Shown: one piece after another, positions 1-10,149 of the stretch
Numbering within the stretch: the first letter of the stretch is position 1
Layout of the letters: every line of letters begins with the position of its first letter
Translations under genes and position numbers: made by a program
Assembly (NCBI GenBank): GCA_040285745.1
Contig: JAUFOR010000001.1
Span: 806,001 to 870,000 of the forward strand
Reading direction: 5' to 3'
DNA: 64,000 nt
Source of the DNA: Barthelona sp. PCE
Taxonomy: Eukaryota
Notes under the pieces: generated by a model
What the model was told of the DNA's origin: nothing
The model's database searches: none
What the model saw: only the letters and a program-made list of their open reading frames with translations

Positions 1-2
1 CA

Positions 3-287
3 ACAAGCTTTTATCTTTTCGAAACTCATGGAGACTATGTCAAATCTTTTGACAAGCGGCAATTCGATGAAGTTGTACGAAACAATGAGGTTCTTCTCAG
101 CAAATGTGGACGATTCTTAAGTTTTCAAGGTCACCCTGAGTTTGTCGGTCAGTTAGACTTTCTGGATGAATTCGTTCTACCGTTTTTTAACGTTGATACA
201 TCGGAAGCACGTGAACAATTCAAAAATTTTGATACTTTACAAAACAATGTTATTATTGATGCTATACATGAATGGATTTCAGACTAA
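3..287 (+). CDS. Class I glutamine amidotransferase (GMP-synthase/GATase1-like), 3' part only; 5' end outside window
   Basis: Not in ORF track. Manual translation from position 3 gives TSFYLFETHGDYVKSF...FLSFQGHPEFVG...HEWISD*. HGDxV and QGHPE (catalytic His-x-Glu) are GATase1 motifs. Stop TAA at 285-287. Confidence 0.75.
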   Translation, partial: TSFYLFETHGDYVKSFDKRQFDEVVRNNEVLLSKCGRFLSFQGHPEFVGQLDFLDEFVLPFFNVDTSEAREQFKNFDTLQNNVIIDAIHEWISD

Positions 288-853
288 TCACGTTTAAGAG
301 CAGCTACGTATGGGAGATCACGGTATTTCTGCTCGAAATCGATGCCATACCCTATTATCCATACATCTGGTGATGGAAAACCAACATAATCAGCATTAAT
401 ATCAACCTTATGATTCTCAACCTTGTCAAAAACAACAGCAATCTGCATAGACGCCGGTTTCTTCTCCGCCAGGATATCATATGCATGCTTGAGTGTAACT
501 CCAGAATCTATCATATCTTCAACAATCAGAATATGTTTGTCTTCTATGGAATACGCCACATTACGTCTGATTGTGGGTGTGTCTGATGGGGTGGTGCTTG
601 TCTCTCCGTAGAAAGATACATCTATGGGATCAATAAATATCTGGAATTCAACATTGCGATCAGAACTAATTCGATTTAAGTTTCTTGAAATGTCTGTACA
701 AAAGAAGAAAGACGAGACGAGAACGGGCACTAAGGTTATCTCATGTACTCCTTTTGAGACATAGTGCTCAAATATTTCCACAGAGAGCTCGTGTACACGA
801 GCTTCTATCTCATCTTTAGTAAACATAATATTCCCGATCTGTGATTTGCTCAT
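284..853 (-). CDS. hpt: Hypoxanthine(-guanine) phosphoribosyltransferase
   Basis: PRPP-binding motif ILIVEDMIDSGVTL; C-terminal WIIGYGIDFEQKYRDLPYV is typical of HPRT. Confidence 0.92.
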   Translation of the reverse strand: MSKSQIGNIMFTKDEIEARVHELSVEIFEHYVSKGVHEITLVPVLVSSFFFCTDISRNLNRISSDRNVEFQIFIDPIDVSFYGETSTTPSDTPTIRRNVAYSIEDKHILIVEDMIDSGVTLKHAYDILAEKKPASMQIAVVFDKVENHKVDINADYVGFPSPDVWIIGYGIDFEQKYRDLPYVAALKRD

Positions 854-953
854 CTTGCTTGTGTGCCGCTATCTGATAATTTGAAAAGGAATTAAAATGC
901 AAAAACTTGTTTTTATTTTTTGTTCCCATTACATTCATGTTATAAGCAAAATT

Positions 954-3320
954 ATGGACGATATACTTGATTTGATTGACCAGACGGAAGAAGAGGTCCT
1001 TTCTACCCTGAATAAGGAAGAAAACACACCACCCGAAAACGGTAATTTGAAAGAAAACGATGAAGGGGAGTCTTTGTCCAAGAAAATGGACGAGCATGGG
1101 GAAGTTAATACTGCTGAGGATGTAGATGAAGCAATAGACATTGTCCTTACGGAGAATATAAGCATTGTTGAAAACAATCCCTTACCTAACACCGTATCCA
1201 CCATGAATGAAGCTCAGGAGACAGATGTCGTAGACGACATGGAGGATGAGATACAAGTTGCGCAACCAGAGAAAAAGGAAATTATTGTTGATATTCTTGA
1301 TAATACAGAGGATGAAATTGATGATGAGACCCTTGTGGTTGAATCTGAACCTGAAAATCTGGTTGATGAGACGATTAATGATGTTATAGAAATAGAAGAG
1401 GATGTAGTAGACGTGATGGAAGAAGTTCCTACCATAGTTGAATCTAAACCTTCCTTACATGTTGATGAAACAGAAGACAAACCAGTGGAGAATGTTAGTG
1501 AAACATCAAACAACGAAAAAGAAATAACTGAGGCGAAAGATATTTTGAGTGACAAAACAGAATTTACAAAAGTCACAGAAGAGGTGTTAAACGACATCAT
1601 CAAGCCTGAAAAGAAACCAGAGCCTAAGAAATCCCCAAAAAGAACACCTAAAGCGAAGAAGAATAGCACCGAATCATTTTTTATTACAGAGACTCATGTT
1701 AAGATCCCATTTGCATCGAGTTTAAGCAAGAGAAAGACACCCCCACCTTTTTCTCCAAACAGAGTTAGTTCTGATAATAGTGGATCTCTTACTGCACGTA
1801 AGAGACGCAATGTATCACCTGCAAAGGTCCAGCATCTGCTCACCGAGTACGAAGTGATGCGCAAGGCGTGGAAAGGTGAGGCATTATCACCTGATCAGAA
1901 GGCTATTGTAGATAAGCGGAAAAGTGAGACATCTAGACTTAAAAAACTAAGAATTGACCAAGAGAAACGCGAAAAGAAGCGTGTACAGTTGAGTTTGAAA
2001 TTAATGGCTGAAGAAAAAGCTGAGGAAGAGCGGAAAAAGAAGGAAAAAGAAGCTCTTGAAAGATTAAAACAGCAAGAGTATAAGGACCAGCTCAACGAGT
2101 CCATTCGACGACGAAAAGACCTGAAGCAGAAAAGGGAGGAAGAGCAGAAAAAGTTTGAAGAAGAAGCCAAGAAGACCCAGAAACGTCTACATAGCAAACC
2201 TCTTTATAAACGCTTTGAAGAGCGCTACAATGAGCGTGAAAACGAAAAGAAAAAGAGAGAGGAGGCTTACTTCCAAAAACTACACAAGGAGATGTCGCCT
2301 CTTGATCTTGAAGAGCTTAGGAAAAGAGAGCAGGAGCTTGCAACAAAGAGTAAGAAGCGCAAACCTCGTTTTGAACGTGTTGAACAGCAACCAACTCCAA
2401 AATACTATAAGGGCAAATCTAGGATGCATGCCATCAGTATGTCTGAAAAGGAAAAGCAGAAGCGAGATCATGAACGCCAGCTTGCCAAAGAAAGACTGAT
2501 GAGAGCTAAAGAATATGGCAGAAAAGTTAAAAAATTTCATACACCAAAAAAAAGAAAGATATCTTCGCGTACATCAACACAGTCGATGCCAGTGAACAGC
2601 TATACATTTACAACACCTCTCCATAAGCCGGTTGAAGAAGAAAAGCGAACAGTGACACCTCCGGGAGTTGTTTCAGAGCTGCCATCAGAAAGCGAAGTTG
2701 TTGTCGACCTTTCACCTCCCAAGGCTACCGGGCCAGTTGTTGATACAACACCAAAAGAACCTGAGAAAGAGAAAGAAAAGGAAAAAGAAAAACCTCAAGG
2801 TGTGAAGCAAGTTACAGAGGAGCATGAACATCCTAAAAAGGAAACAAGAAGACGTAGAGGTGCACATCGTGTAAGAAACAGAAGAATACGTACCCAAAAG
2901 TCTCAGGAAGATTTGAAAACAGCAACCGAGATGAGCACGTTGCCTAACGACCCGGCGTATGAGGTTAAAAAACGCGGGCAGTTGGCAGAGATCGAACTTG
3001 AAAAAGCCTCGGAGAAGCCAGTTGATGGAGAAGAGGATCTAAGTAAGGAAATCAAAAAGAGCGAAATGTACGTCAATATGAACGATAAGGTGCTTAATGA
3101 CGTTGAAAGCGAGCTTCTGGAGCTGGGCGTTAAGATTTCTGAACCGCCATCGGTTGAGGAGCATATTGAAGTTGAACATGTTGAGGGAAAAGCTGATGAG
3201 GATAAAATGGAAGTATCCGTTGCCGTAGAGTTGGCTAAACCACCAGCTTTCCTGTTGGACAGCCCCAATCCTGAATCTTTAGATCCACCAAAAATGACAA
3301 ATCTTACTGAACATGAATAG
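954..3320 (+). CDS. Hypothetical acidic/coiled-coil protein
   Basis: Long ORF (897..3320); more likely start is ATG 954 (MDDILDL). Acidic low-complexity N-terminus and charged E/K/R coiled coil. Confidence 0.6.
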   Translation: MDDILDLIDQTEEEVLSTLNKEENTPPENGNLKENDEGESLSKKMDEHGEVNTAEDVDEAIDIVLTENISIVENNPLPNTVSTMNEAQETDVVDDMEDEIQVAQPEKKEIIVDILDNTEDEIDDETLVVESEPENLVDETINDVIEIEEDVVDVMEEVPTIVESKPSLHVDETEDKPVENVSETSNNEKEITEAKDILSDKTEFTKVTEEVLNDIIKPEKKPEPKKSPKRTPKAKKNSTESFFITETHVKIPFASSLSKRKTPPPFSPNRVSSDNSGSLTARKRRNVSPAKVQHLLTEYEVMRKAWKGEALSPDQKAIVDKRKSETSRLKKLRIDQEKREKKRVQLSLKLMAEEKAEEERKKKEKEALERLKQQEYKDQLNESIRRRKDLKQKREEEQKKFEEEAKKTQKRLHSKPLYKRFEERYNERENEKKKREEAYFQKLHKEMSPLDLEELRKREQELATKSKKRKPRFERVEQQPTPKYYKGKSRMHAISMSEKEKQKRDHERQLAKERLMRAKEYGRKVKKFHTPKKRKISSRTSTQSMPVNSYTFTTPLHKPVEEEKRTVTPPGVVSELPSESEVVVDLSPPKATGPVVDTTPKEPEKEKEKEKEKPQGVKQVTEEHEHPKKETRRRRGAHRVRNRRIRTQKSQEDLKTATEMSTLPNDPAYEVKKRGQLAEIELEKASEKPVDGEEDLSKEIKKSEMYVNMNDKVLNDVESELLELGVKISEPPSVEEHIEVEHVEGKADEDKMEVSVAVELAKPPAFLLDSPNPESLDPPKMTNLTEHE

Positions 3321-3362
3321 TGTAAAAAACAACAAATGAAAAACAGTACACTTTATTTGCGA

Positions 3363-6300
3363 TTAAACATCAACAAGAATACCAGGAATACCAGCAACGA
3401 GTTTGTTAACTCCTTCTTGTGAAATGCGAGTGTCGCGGCAAGTGAACTCACGAAGTAATGCACAGTCACATAGATCTGCGCAGGACTTGTCTGTGACTTC
3501 AGTGTGAGATACATCAAGCGACATAATGTTGGGGCAAACGGCAGCGATGTACCAAATATGTTCATCAACAAAGTACTTGTGACTAAACTTTAATGTGAAA
3601 ACACGCTCACCGAGAATCTGGCACGTCTGCAGCTCGTCATCGAGTATATCATCAAACGGCTTTGACAAAACACGGGTAACAATCTGGTTTGCGTACTCGA
3701 AAGGCCACTCAGTAGCGTGGGCTTCATATACAGAAGCCAACTCCTCGTTTGAGTAGTCGGAATAAGCACGCTTGCACCATACCATATCAATAGATCTGGC
3801 AGCACACTTCTCCTCAAGAGAAAGCAGTTCGGGTAGGGTGTAATCCACTACTGTTGAGTTGGCAATGAGTTCAAACACATCAACCATCTCAACCTCTCCG
3901 TTATTTAAGAGCACATCAATAACATCAAAGAAGACGATTGTGAGGCCCAACATTTCGCAAACGGCGAGAATATCAAACGCTTCACTGTTAACGTCGCCAA
4001 CAAGCTCACCTTCAAGAAGGTATGCGAGGACGGCCTCAACTGCCGCTTCCGAAATACCAGTAAGGTCAACCGATGTTCCACTGACAGTGATACTACCGCA
4101 AACAGAGAGTGGTAGCGTGTAACTTGATGAATCTGTGATGAATGTTATTTGTTCTTCACGTTCTTCAAACTCCACAGGGGATAGAGGTTCAGAACGAATC
4201 GAAAACGCCTGAGATCCTTCTGTGATATCATCTCTTAAAGCGCTCTGCAAGTTCTTCGCGGTTGGTGATGACACACCACCTCTGGCCTTAGAGTACAATG
4301 AGTAAAGGGATCGAAGACCCTTGACACTCTTCATACATGCGGAATCCTCCTGCATGCGTAACGTAGAACGCTTCTTTGGAGTTGCTCTGCCTGGTGTTCT
4401 CCTCGGGCTGCGCTTAGGGGAGTGTTTGGGGCTACGCTTAGGTGATTGCTTAGCCAAAGGTGACTGCTTGGGACTGGGCTTGGGACTAGCCAGCTTTTCA
4501 GTAAGGGCATTCTCAATGAGCATTTCAGGGAGTGAAATACTGACAACCTCGGGAACGGGCTCGTTTGGCTTCTTATCGGCCAGAAGAGCAACGGGAGATA
4601 GACCATTGATGTGTGATTGAGTAACCTTCTTCTGTTTCTTCTTCTTTTTCTTCTTCTTGGTCTTCTTACCGGTGTCAAGTAGACCCTCATCAGCAACGTC
4701 AAGCTTATGCGTCATTCTCAATTTCTTCAGATAACGCTCCTCCTCTTCCTTCTCCTGGCGGTTGACATCCTTGTCGAACTTCTTCGTCTTCTTTGACAAA
4801 TCCTTCATCATGTCAACGACCTGTGCAATATCTTGGACATCATCCAATGCACTGATCAGGGAATCAACAGACTGCACGACCTGCCCGAACTTCGACGCTA
4901 GCACACGGATACCGCTCTCGTATTTGGTGGATGTGAGTGTTTTGACGTTGTCTGCTACGTCGTGGACTCGCTGCAACGTCTTCAGTGGAGATGGCACAAA
5001 CTCATCATTACCGTATTGACTTAAAAGAGACTCAAAGAGCTCTGGGTTGTTCTTGAGCTGCTCCAACAGTTCGGGGTTACTCTCAATATCGAGCAGAAGC
5101 TGTTCTGACATCAGTGGTGAGGAGTACAGTTGATACAAACGGTCAGCAAAATCCTTTCGCTCATTCTCGAGCTTCTCTCTGCTTTCAATCTCCTTAATGT
5201 GCAGGATGGTATCCTCAATCAGGTCTTCCATGCAGCAGGTGATCTCTACACAGTCAAACAAAACGTTCTCAACCGTTAATATCTCACGAATATCGCAAGC
5301 CTCGACAAGTGCAATCTCAACCATCTCGTGAACAACTGCAAGACAGTGGTCCTCCGGTGTGGGTTGATACTCAACATAGTCCAGGAGGTCCTCCAGGGAA
5401 AAATCAACCTCGAATCGCTCACTCTGAGGTAAAGTGTCTGGAATCTCGGAAAGCGAACGTAATTGGGGCACATATACTTCGCGGTCGTCCTTCTGAACAA
5501 TGACAACATCCTCGGACACATCAATGTGCTGTTTGGTGCGACGTCCAACGTTGAATTCTGCAGAAAGCTCGCCAATATACGTTGTCCTCACCTGGTCGAT
5601 GTTGGACATAATTCGATCGATTGAAACGGCACCCTGACTTTGAATGTCCAACAATAGATTAGGAATGGCAAGCTGGCTGTATGCAAGACGCTCAGCTGCA
5701 AGACGTTGTGCCTCGTGAACAACCTCATAGAAGGCCATATTGTCCTGATCCTTCTCGGGGATATAGTCAGTTATGCTTGAGTAGGGCTCGCTACCGTTGT
5801 AGGTATTCAAGGAACATGGGTCACCTACCATCCACATGTATATGCGGTTGAAGCAGTTGATGACGTCAAACGACTGTAAAAGACTGTATTTATCCCTGCG
5901 GAGGGAAGCAATCTCGCCCAGTGTCTCTTCTTGGGCCTGTTTCAGGGCCTCCGGCTGCTTCTTAAACTCACGCTTGAGCGTATAGAAACGCTGCTCATGC
6001 ACTGAAGAGCGGGCATCAAGACTGAGCACGCGATCGTGAACAGCGGAGAAAATTCGAGGGAAGAATAAGTTGACAAACGTCTTGGAGAAGAGAGAAAAGT
6101 TACACCACTGATAATCACTGTTGTTGAAGGAGCAAAACTCTTCATAAGTAAGGTTCTTACCGTAAGTCATGATCCACACATTCTGCTTCTCGTTAAGGCA
6201 CATCATTTCCTCATCATACAGCTCACCAATGTCACCACCGAAAGTTTCTTTAAACTCAGCCGTAACCCTCTCAAAGACGGGTAAGACTTCGCTCTCGATT

Positions 6301-8762
6301 TCAATGTTGCGCTCCTTATAAAAACGAATTCCCTGCAAAGAGCTGAGCTCCTCAGCAGTCAACATTTTATCCTTCATACGATTCATTGGTATCATTCCAT
6401 TGCGGTCAACCAGTATCTGAACACCATCAATAGACATATACATCCACACCATACCTAGATAAACACCGGCACGTGGGGGTTTAAAGATGGGGCACTCGTG
6501 ACGCCACCCAATCGCATTGGTGATCCATCTTTCTTCACAAGAACTCAAGAGTGCGGTGTAACCGAGGCCGTTGTACTTCTCGTACAAGAGGTGCTCAACC
6601 TCACTCACCGGCTTCCACTGGTGACCGAGGATCTCAGGACATGCGTGCATGCGTCTAATGAGAAGAATAGAACATGAATAACATGGGGTGAGATCGACAA
6701 CTCTGGGGTAGAGGACGCCCAGCTCAGCAGTCGAAAGCTGCTTCTTGAGCTGCTCATATGCATCCTTGTAGTGGGAAGCAAGACCTGTGGGTGCTCTTAG
6801 CTGTGTCGTTGGATCCTTCTGGGCTGGTTGTGAAACGCAGAAAAGATCAATGTCGTCGTTCTCGTACGGAGCACGGCCACACATCTCTGCATGGGGCAAC
6901 TCCAGGTCCTCTGTAACGAGTATGCGGTCAGATGAAAACCAAAGCGTGGATAAAAATACCTTACCACGACCAAGCGAAGACTTCTCGGCAACGTGCAACT
7001 GGCGCATCGGGTTGATCTTATACAGGTTATAATCAAATGGCTTGGGTGAGGCGTTCATATCATTGCGAGATGGTAGGGGGAACATTGAGAAATACCTTAA
7101 GAAATCGTGAGACAGTTGGGACACAAGCATGAGGAGCTCATCAATATCAACATCACTATGCATGCCTCCCTCGACATCAGCAATTGCAACGTTCTTTGTC
7201 AGCTCAGCAAGTGCCTTCTTGAGTTTGAGCTTGGATGCAAAGATTTTTTCGCTGGACTTGAGATTCATTGACCACTTGAGCAGCCCAATCAAACACGACA
7301 CGTAGTAATAAACGGTGTCGCGGGAGAGGGTCTCGTCGACCATATCGTTGATGATATAATCAAATACTTGGAACCAGCATCCCTCGTTGATGAGTCGTTT
7401 TTGCAGCGTGCGAATGATCATGACACGGTTATCCGTTGTGAGGCGCGGGTTAACAGCCTGGTCAACAAGATCGGTCAACTCGTGGAATGACTGGGGTTCG
7501 GTTGAATCAACGGGGTTGAAATGGAGAGCGAGCTCAACGTTACGAATTCGTTGAACAAGACTCTCGGTCTCATTCAACTTTGAATCAATGACTGTGAGGT
7601 GGTTAAGATAAGAAGCAGCAGAAAACAGCTCGCGTGCTTCTTTGCTCGATTCAACTAGTAAGATTTCATTATCAAGTTGGAGTGTCCACTGTTGCTTTGA
7701 CTCACGCTGGTTTGCAGCGCAAGAAATTAAAAGTTGTTCAACAACGGGCCAGGTCTGAACGATTGAAAATCTTTGCAAACGCCATCCAGTCGCTGCAAGA
7801 GCAACAATACACCATCCACCTGTCCAATCGCGGACAATAGCGAGCACTCGGTCGCTCTTCTTCTTCTTGACGCCTTCCATAACGGAGCAACGCATAGCAT
7901 AGAGTACGCGGACTTCACCATTACCACGCTCAACAAAGCACTGTTCCTCGACTGTCTCAATAAGTTCGTCGCGCAACAGTGTCTGTAGGATAGCGTGCGG
8001 TTTGAAAGTGACTGGTGTACCGCCAACAATATTGGAGAAAATATTGGAGAACAAAGAAGTATGATCGTCATTTTCAAAGACAACCGTCTCTTCCGGTTCA
8101 AACACCTTCTCGGGTTCCACAACAACGACATCCTTGGCAACAGCCAACTTCTGCTCGCTATCAACAATAAGCTCAACCTCTTCTTCTTCCTTAGCATCAT
8201 CTGTCTCTTCTTCAACAGCAGTAACTGTGATATTAGGGACAAACCATGAAGGTCTTTTGGTGCCCAGATTAACAAAGTAGTGTCTGTTGTTCTGCTCATC
8301 AAGACTAACTTGATAAACAAACTCGATCTCTTTCAATGTCTTGTTAACTGGATAAATGTACTGTTTCTGAGTTTGAGGATCAATGAAACAGTTGTATCCA
8401 TGTGGGGGCTTGAACACGTTGGTCATCTCTTGCATGATTGGCTGTAATGCTTCACCTGTCTCATCTTGCGCTAAAATTCCAGTATTCTTCTCAACCTGAC
8501 GGATCTCAAAGACAGGAGCCTGGTGGTAGCTGTCTCTTGAGAATGTGTCCTGTGGTCCGACAACTCTCTCTGTGTTTTGAGCGTGATCGACCTCAACAAT
8601 AGCTAAATTCAAAAAATCCTTTTGCAAGAACCCACCCTTGTCCGAAAACTGCCTGAGCTGTTCGATAATGGGTAATTCTTCATCAATCGTAGTTACCAGA
8701 GTGGTTTTCGCTCGTGGGTTATTGCGATCTTGATCCCATATGACTTTGAACTTGATAATCAT
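3363..8762 (-). CDS. 1799-aa multidomain protein with ANKFN1/WAKE-like central domain, coiled coil, SP(K/R) cluster and C-terminal BTB-like/LRR-like region
   Basis: Long ORF. Segments resemble the ANKFN1 C-terminal region (see findings). ISEAAVEAVLAYLLEGEL...DILAVCEMLGL is BTB-like; CPNIMSLDVSHTEVTDKS is LRR-like. Confidence 0.6.
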   Translation of the reverse strand: MIIKFKVIWDQDRNNPRAKTTLVTTIDEELPIIEQLRQFSDKGGFLQKDFLNLAIVEVDHAQNTERVVGPQDTFSRDSYHQAPVFEIRQVEKNTGILAQDETGEALQPIMQEMTNVFKPPHGYNCFIDPQTQKQYIYPVNKTLKEIEFVYQVSLDEQNNRHYFVNLGTKRPSWFVPNITVTAVEEETDDAKEEEEVELIVDSEQKLAVAKDVVVVEPEKVFEPEETVVFENDDHTSLFSNIFSNIVGGTPVTFKPHAILQTLLRDELIETVEEQCFVERGNGEVRVLYAMRCSVMEGVKKKKSDRVLAIVRDWTGGWCIVALAATGWRLQRFSIVQTWPVVEQLLISCAANQRESKQQWTLQLDNEILLVESSKEARELFSAASYLNHLTVIDSKLNETESLVQRIRNVELALHFNPVDSTEPQSFHELTDLVDQAVNPRLTTDNRVMIIRTLQKRLINEGCWFQVFDYIINDMVDETLSRDTVYYYVSCLIGLLKWSMNLKSSEKIFASKLKLKKALAELTKNVAIADVEGGMHSDVDIDELLMLVSQLSHDFLRYFSMFPLPSRNDMNASPKPFDYNLYKINPMRQLHVAEKSSLGRGKVFLSTLWFSSDRILVTEDLELPHAEMCGRAPYENDDIDLFCVSQPAQKDPTTQLRAPTGLASHYKDAYEQLKKQLSTAELGVLYPRVVDLTPCYSCSILLIRRMHACPEILGHQWKPVSEVEHLLYEKYNGLGYTALLSSCEERWITNAIGWRHECPIFKPPRAGVYLGMVWMYMSIDGVQILVDRNGMIPMNRMKDKMLTAEELSSLQGIRFYKERNIEIESEVLPVFERVTAEFKETFGGDIGELYDEEMMCLNEKQNVWIMTYGKNLTYEEFCSFNNSDYQWCNFSLFSKTFVNLFFPRIFSAVHDRVLSLDARSSVHEQRFYTLKREFKKQPEALKQAQEETLGEIASLRRDKYSLLQSFDVINCFNRIYMWMVGDPCSLNTYNGSEPYSSITDYIPEKDQDNMAFYEVVHEAQRLAAERLAYSQLAIPNLLLDIQSQGAVSIDRIMSNIDQVRTTYIGELSAEFNVGRRTKQHIDVSEDVVIVQKDDREVYVPQLRSLSEIPDTLPQSERFEVDFSLEDLLDYVEYQPTPEDHCLAVVHEMVEIALVEACDIREILTVENVLFDCVEITCCMEDLIEDTILHIKEIESREKLENERKDFADRLYQLYSSPLMSEQLLLDIESNPELLEQLKNNPELFESLLSQYGNDEFVPSPLKTLQRVHDVADNVKTLTSTKYESGIRVLASKFGQVVQSVDSLISALDDVQDIAQVVDMMKDLSKKTKKFDKDVNRQEKEEEERYLKKLRMTHKLDVADEGLLDTGKKTKKKKKKKKQKKVTQSHINGLSPVALLADKKPNEPVPEVVSISLPEMLIENALTEKLASPKPSPKQSPLAKQSPKRSPKHSPKRSPRRTPGRATPKKRSTLRMQEDSACMKSVKGLRSLYSLYSKARGGVSSPTAKNLQSALRDDITEGSQAFSIRSEPLSPVEFEEREEQITFITDSSSYTLPLSVCGSITVSGTSVDLTGISEAAVEAVLAYLLEGELVGDVNSEAFDILAVCEMLGLTIVFFDVIDVLLNNGEVEMVDVFELIANSTVVDYTLPELLSLEEKCAARSIDMVWCKRAYSDYSNEELASVYEAHATEWPFEYANQIVTRVLSKPFDDILDDELQTCQILGERVFTLKFSHKYFVDEHIWYIAAVCPNIMSLDVSHTEVTDKSCADLCDCALLREFTCRDTRISQEGVNKLVAGIPGILVDV

Positions 8763-9122
8763 CCTAGAACGGTGTCAATGAAACGAAATCAAATGTACAA
8801 AGTGTAAAAAGTAAAGGAAAGCTTAAAGAAAGCCAAGATAAATTTGAAAACGAGACAAGTATCTTCTGCATATACGCGGTTGGTATATGTGGAAGCAATA
8901 TTATACATAGACTCAGTAAAAGGGTACTAAGTTTACACATCTTAAAAAAGAAAAGAATAAATTCACCCAAATACCTGCTTGTATACTGTTTGTATAATCA
9001 TCTGTTAATTGCATAAAAAGGGTTTGTAAACCCATAAAACACCCATAACGTTTTTAAATCAGACGCTAAAGCTAGACATATTTGTTCTACAATTTCTCCC
9101 CTTTTCACCATTTTTTTCGATT

Positions 9123-10043
9123 TTGCTTGAACTTAGCGAAACACTCAGGCGTAAAGAGAAGAATCGCCTTGTTGATCATGCTCTATCTACATTTCAAAGT
9201 TTTCTTCTTAGAAATCCACCAACAAAAAAGCCTTATCGTTATGTTTTAAACTTTTCATTCCTTGCGTTTGTGGTAGTTTACCTGAGTAGATTCTATTTTG
9301 TAGGTTCTAATGCGTATTCTGTTGTACCAATTGGTTCAGAATGGACTTCTAGCACACTACCAACCTTAAATCTACTTTTTCTTTTAAGTACAACATACCA
9401 GTACTTCTCTTACAAATCCCTATCACGTTTTTCTACAACCGTTTCTGCAACATTTTGTGCAGTTCTAATAGTTTCATTATGCACGTATATCGTTCAACTT
9501 TATGACAGTATCCAGTGTTTTCTTCTCTTTTACATCATCATACATGTGCTTTTACAGTTGGATTCAGTATGTTTTTTATTACATTGGAGTTATATAACCA
9601 GAAAAAAAGTTTCAACAAGAAAAGAACGAATATTATTAGCAAGACCCATGTGGTTAAAATTTCTTTTAGCTTTTATTTTAATTTTTATGGGTCTCTTCAT
9701 GGTTCTTGTTTTGTTGAGGGTTAATAACACTAATCAAATGTGTTTAGCCTTAACATACTTCGAAGGAGTCGAACTAGTACCAAAGATGCAGGTATTTGAA
9801 AGAATCAACATTGCTAACAGGGATGAAATTGTGATGCCATGGGGTATGTCTTTGTATACAGAAAATGGTATTGATTTTAATGTTACAGTACCAAACACAA
9901 TAGATTTTGATCATACGGCATTCCGTTCCATCTTTAAGTTGGAGCCATTTTATTGTGAAGCAATTTATTTTGAAAAACTTCAGTCACCCAATAATTATAT
10001 AAAAGCAAAGATGCTGCAGGTATGTCGAGGTCGTGGTTGTTAA
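9123..10043 (+). CDS. Hypothetical multi-pass membrane protein; start uncertain (no early in-frame ATG)
   Basis: 306-codon ORF with about 5 hydrophobic segments; opens with TTG. Confidence 0.5.
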   Translation: MLELSETLRRKEKNRLVDHALSTFQSFLLRNPPTKKPYRYVLNFSFLAFVVVYLSRFYFVGSNAYSVVPIGSEWTSSTLPTLNLLFLLSTTYQYFSYKSLSRFSTTVSATFCAVLIVSLCTYIVQLYDSIQCFLLFYIIIHVLLQLDSVCFLLHWSYITRKKVSTRKERILLARPMWLKFLLAFILIFMGLFMVLVLLRVNNTNQMCLALTYFEGVELVPKMQVFERINIANRDEIVMPWGMSLYTENGIDFNVTVPNTIDFDHTAFRSIFKLEPFYCEAIYFEKLQSPNNYIKAKMLQVCRGRGC

Positions 10044-10149
10044 GTGAGCCATTTATGCTTTATAATATAATACATTCCCTCTGAATAAAAGTAATTGAAT
10101 TTTATCTTTATTGTGCTAGTACATCACACACTGCGTAACTTTGAAATTA

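Noticed and set aside
8764-8974. Possible 5' intron of the 1799-aa gene (CAG|GTATTT ... CTAG|G ATG)
   Set aside because: Upstream ATG frames do not give the required phase, and the acceptor lacks the conserved branch block.
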